Assembly: GCA_024653905.1 (NCBI GenBank)
Contig: JANLGZ010000036.1
Coordinates: 1-36,498, forward strand
Origin: an archaeon
GTDB lineage: Archaea > Iainarchaeota > Iainarchaeia > Iainarchaeales > Iainarchaeaceae
Direction of reading: 5' to 3'
DNA length: 36,498 bases
The notes beneath the pieces were generated by a model that worked only from the letters and a program-made list of their open reading frames with translations, was not told the DNA's origin and searched no databases. Positions within the stretch are counted from its first letter, which is position 1. Each line of letters opens with the position of its first letter. A program made the position numbers and the translations under genes. Positions 36,412-36,498 of this stretch are shown piece after piece.

Positions 36412-36498
36412 AAACCTATTTCTTTTTCTAAAAGAATTTTAGAACCCCTATTTTTAACTCAAACTAATCAAATTCAGCACACAAACCATGTTATACAT

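Overview
A 36.5 kb, AT-rich stretch of an archaeal chromosome. A DPANN-type archaeon, possibly Iainarchaeota/Diapherotrites, is inferred from protein style only. The core genes are: 3' end of valS, bud32, uS15, eS1, DUF92, carS, an archaeosortase, secDF, a NOG1-type GTPase, UPF0147, PolD DP1 and DP2, sepF, cdc6/orc1, a type IV pilin, hel308 with a 440-aa LAGLIDADG intein, NAC, FKBP, proteasome beta and aCPSF1. Small accessory patches lie between them: four toxin-antitoxin (TA) pairs, an RHH/ssDNA-binding cluster, an orphan IS200/IS605-type right-end hairpin beside a decayed Bro-N gene, and a secreted surface-protein pair. The most unusual structure is 5432-6610. Two unrelated TA operons (RelE-type and HicBA) sit in tandem units of 580 and 579 bp that share a 63-bp identical downstream flank and a 48-bp near-identical upstream flank. 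Degenerate copies of the downstream flank bracket a third small gene, which suggests a cassette-like array. No rRNA, convincing tRNA or CRISPR array was found. All family calls are from motif recognition, not database searches.
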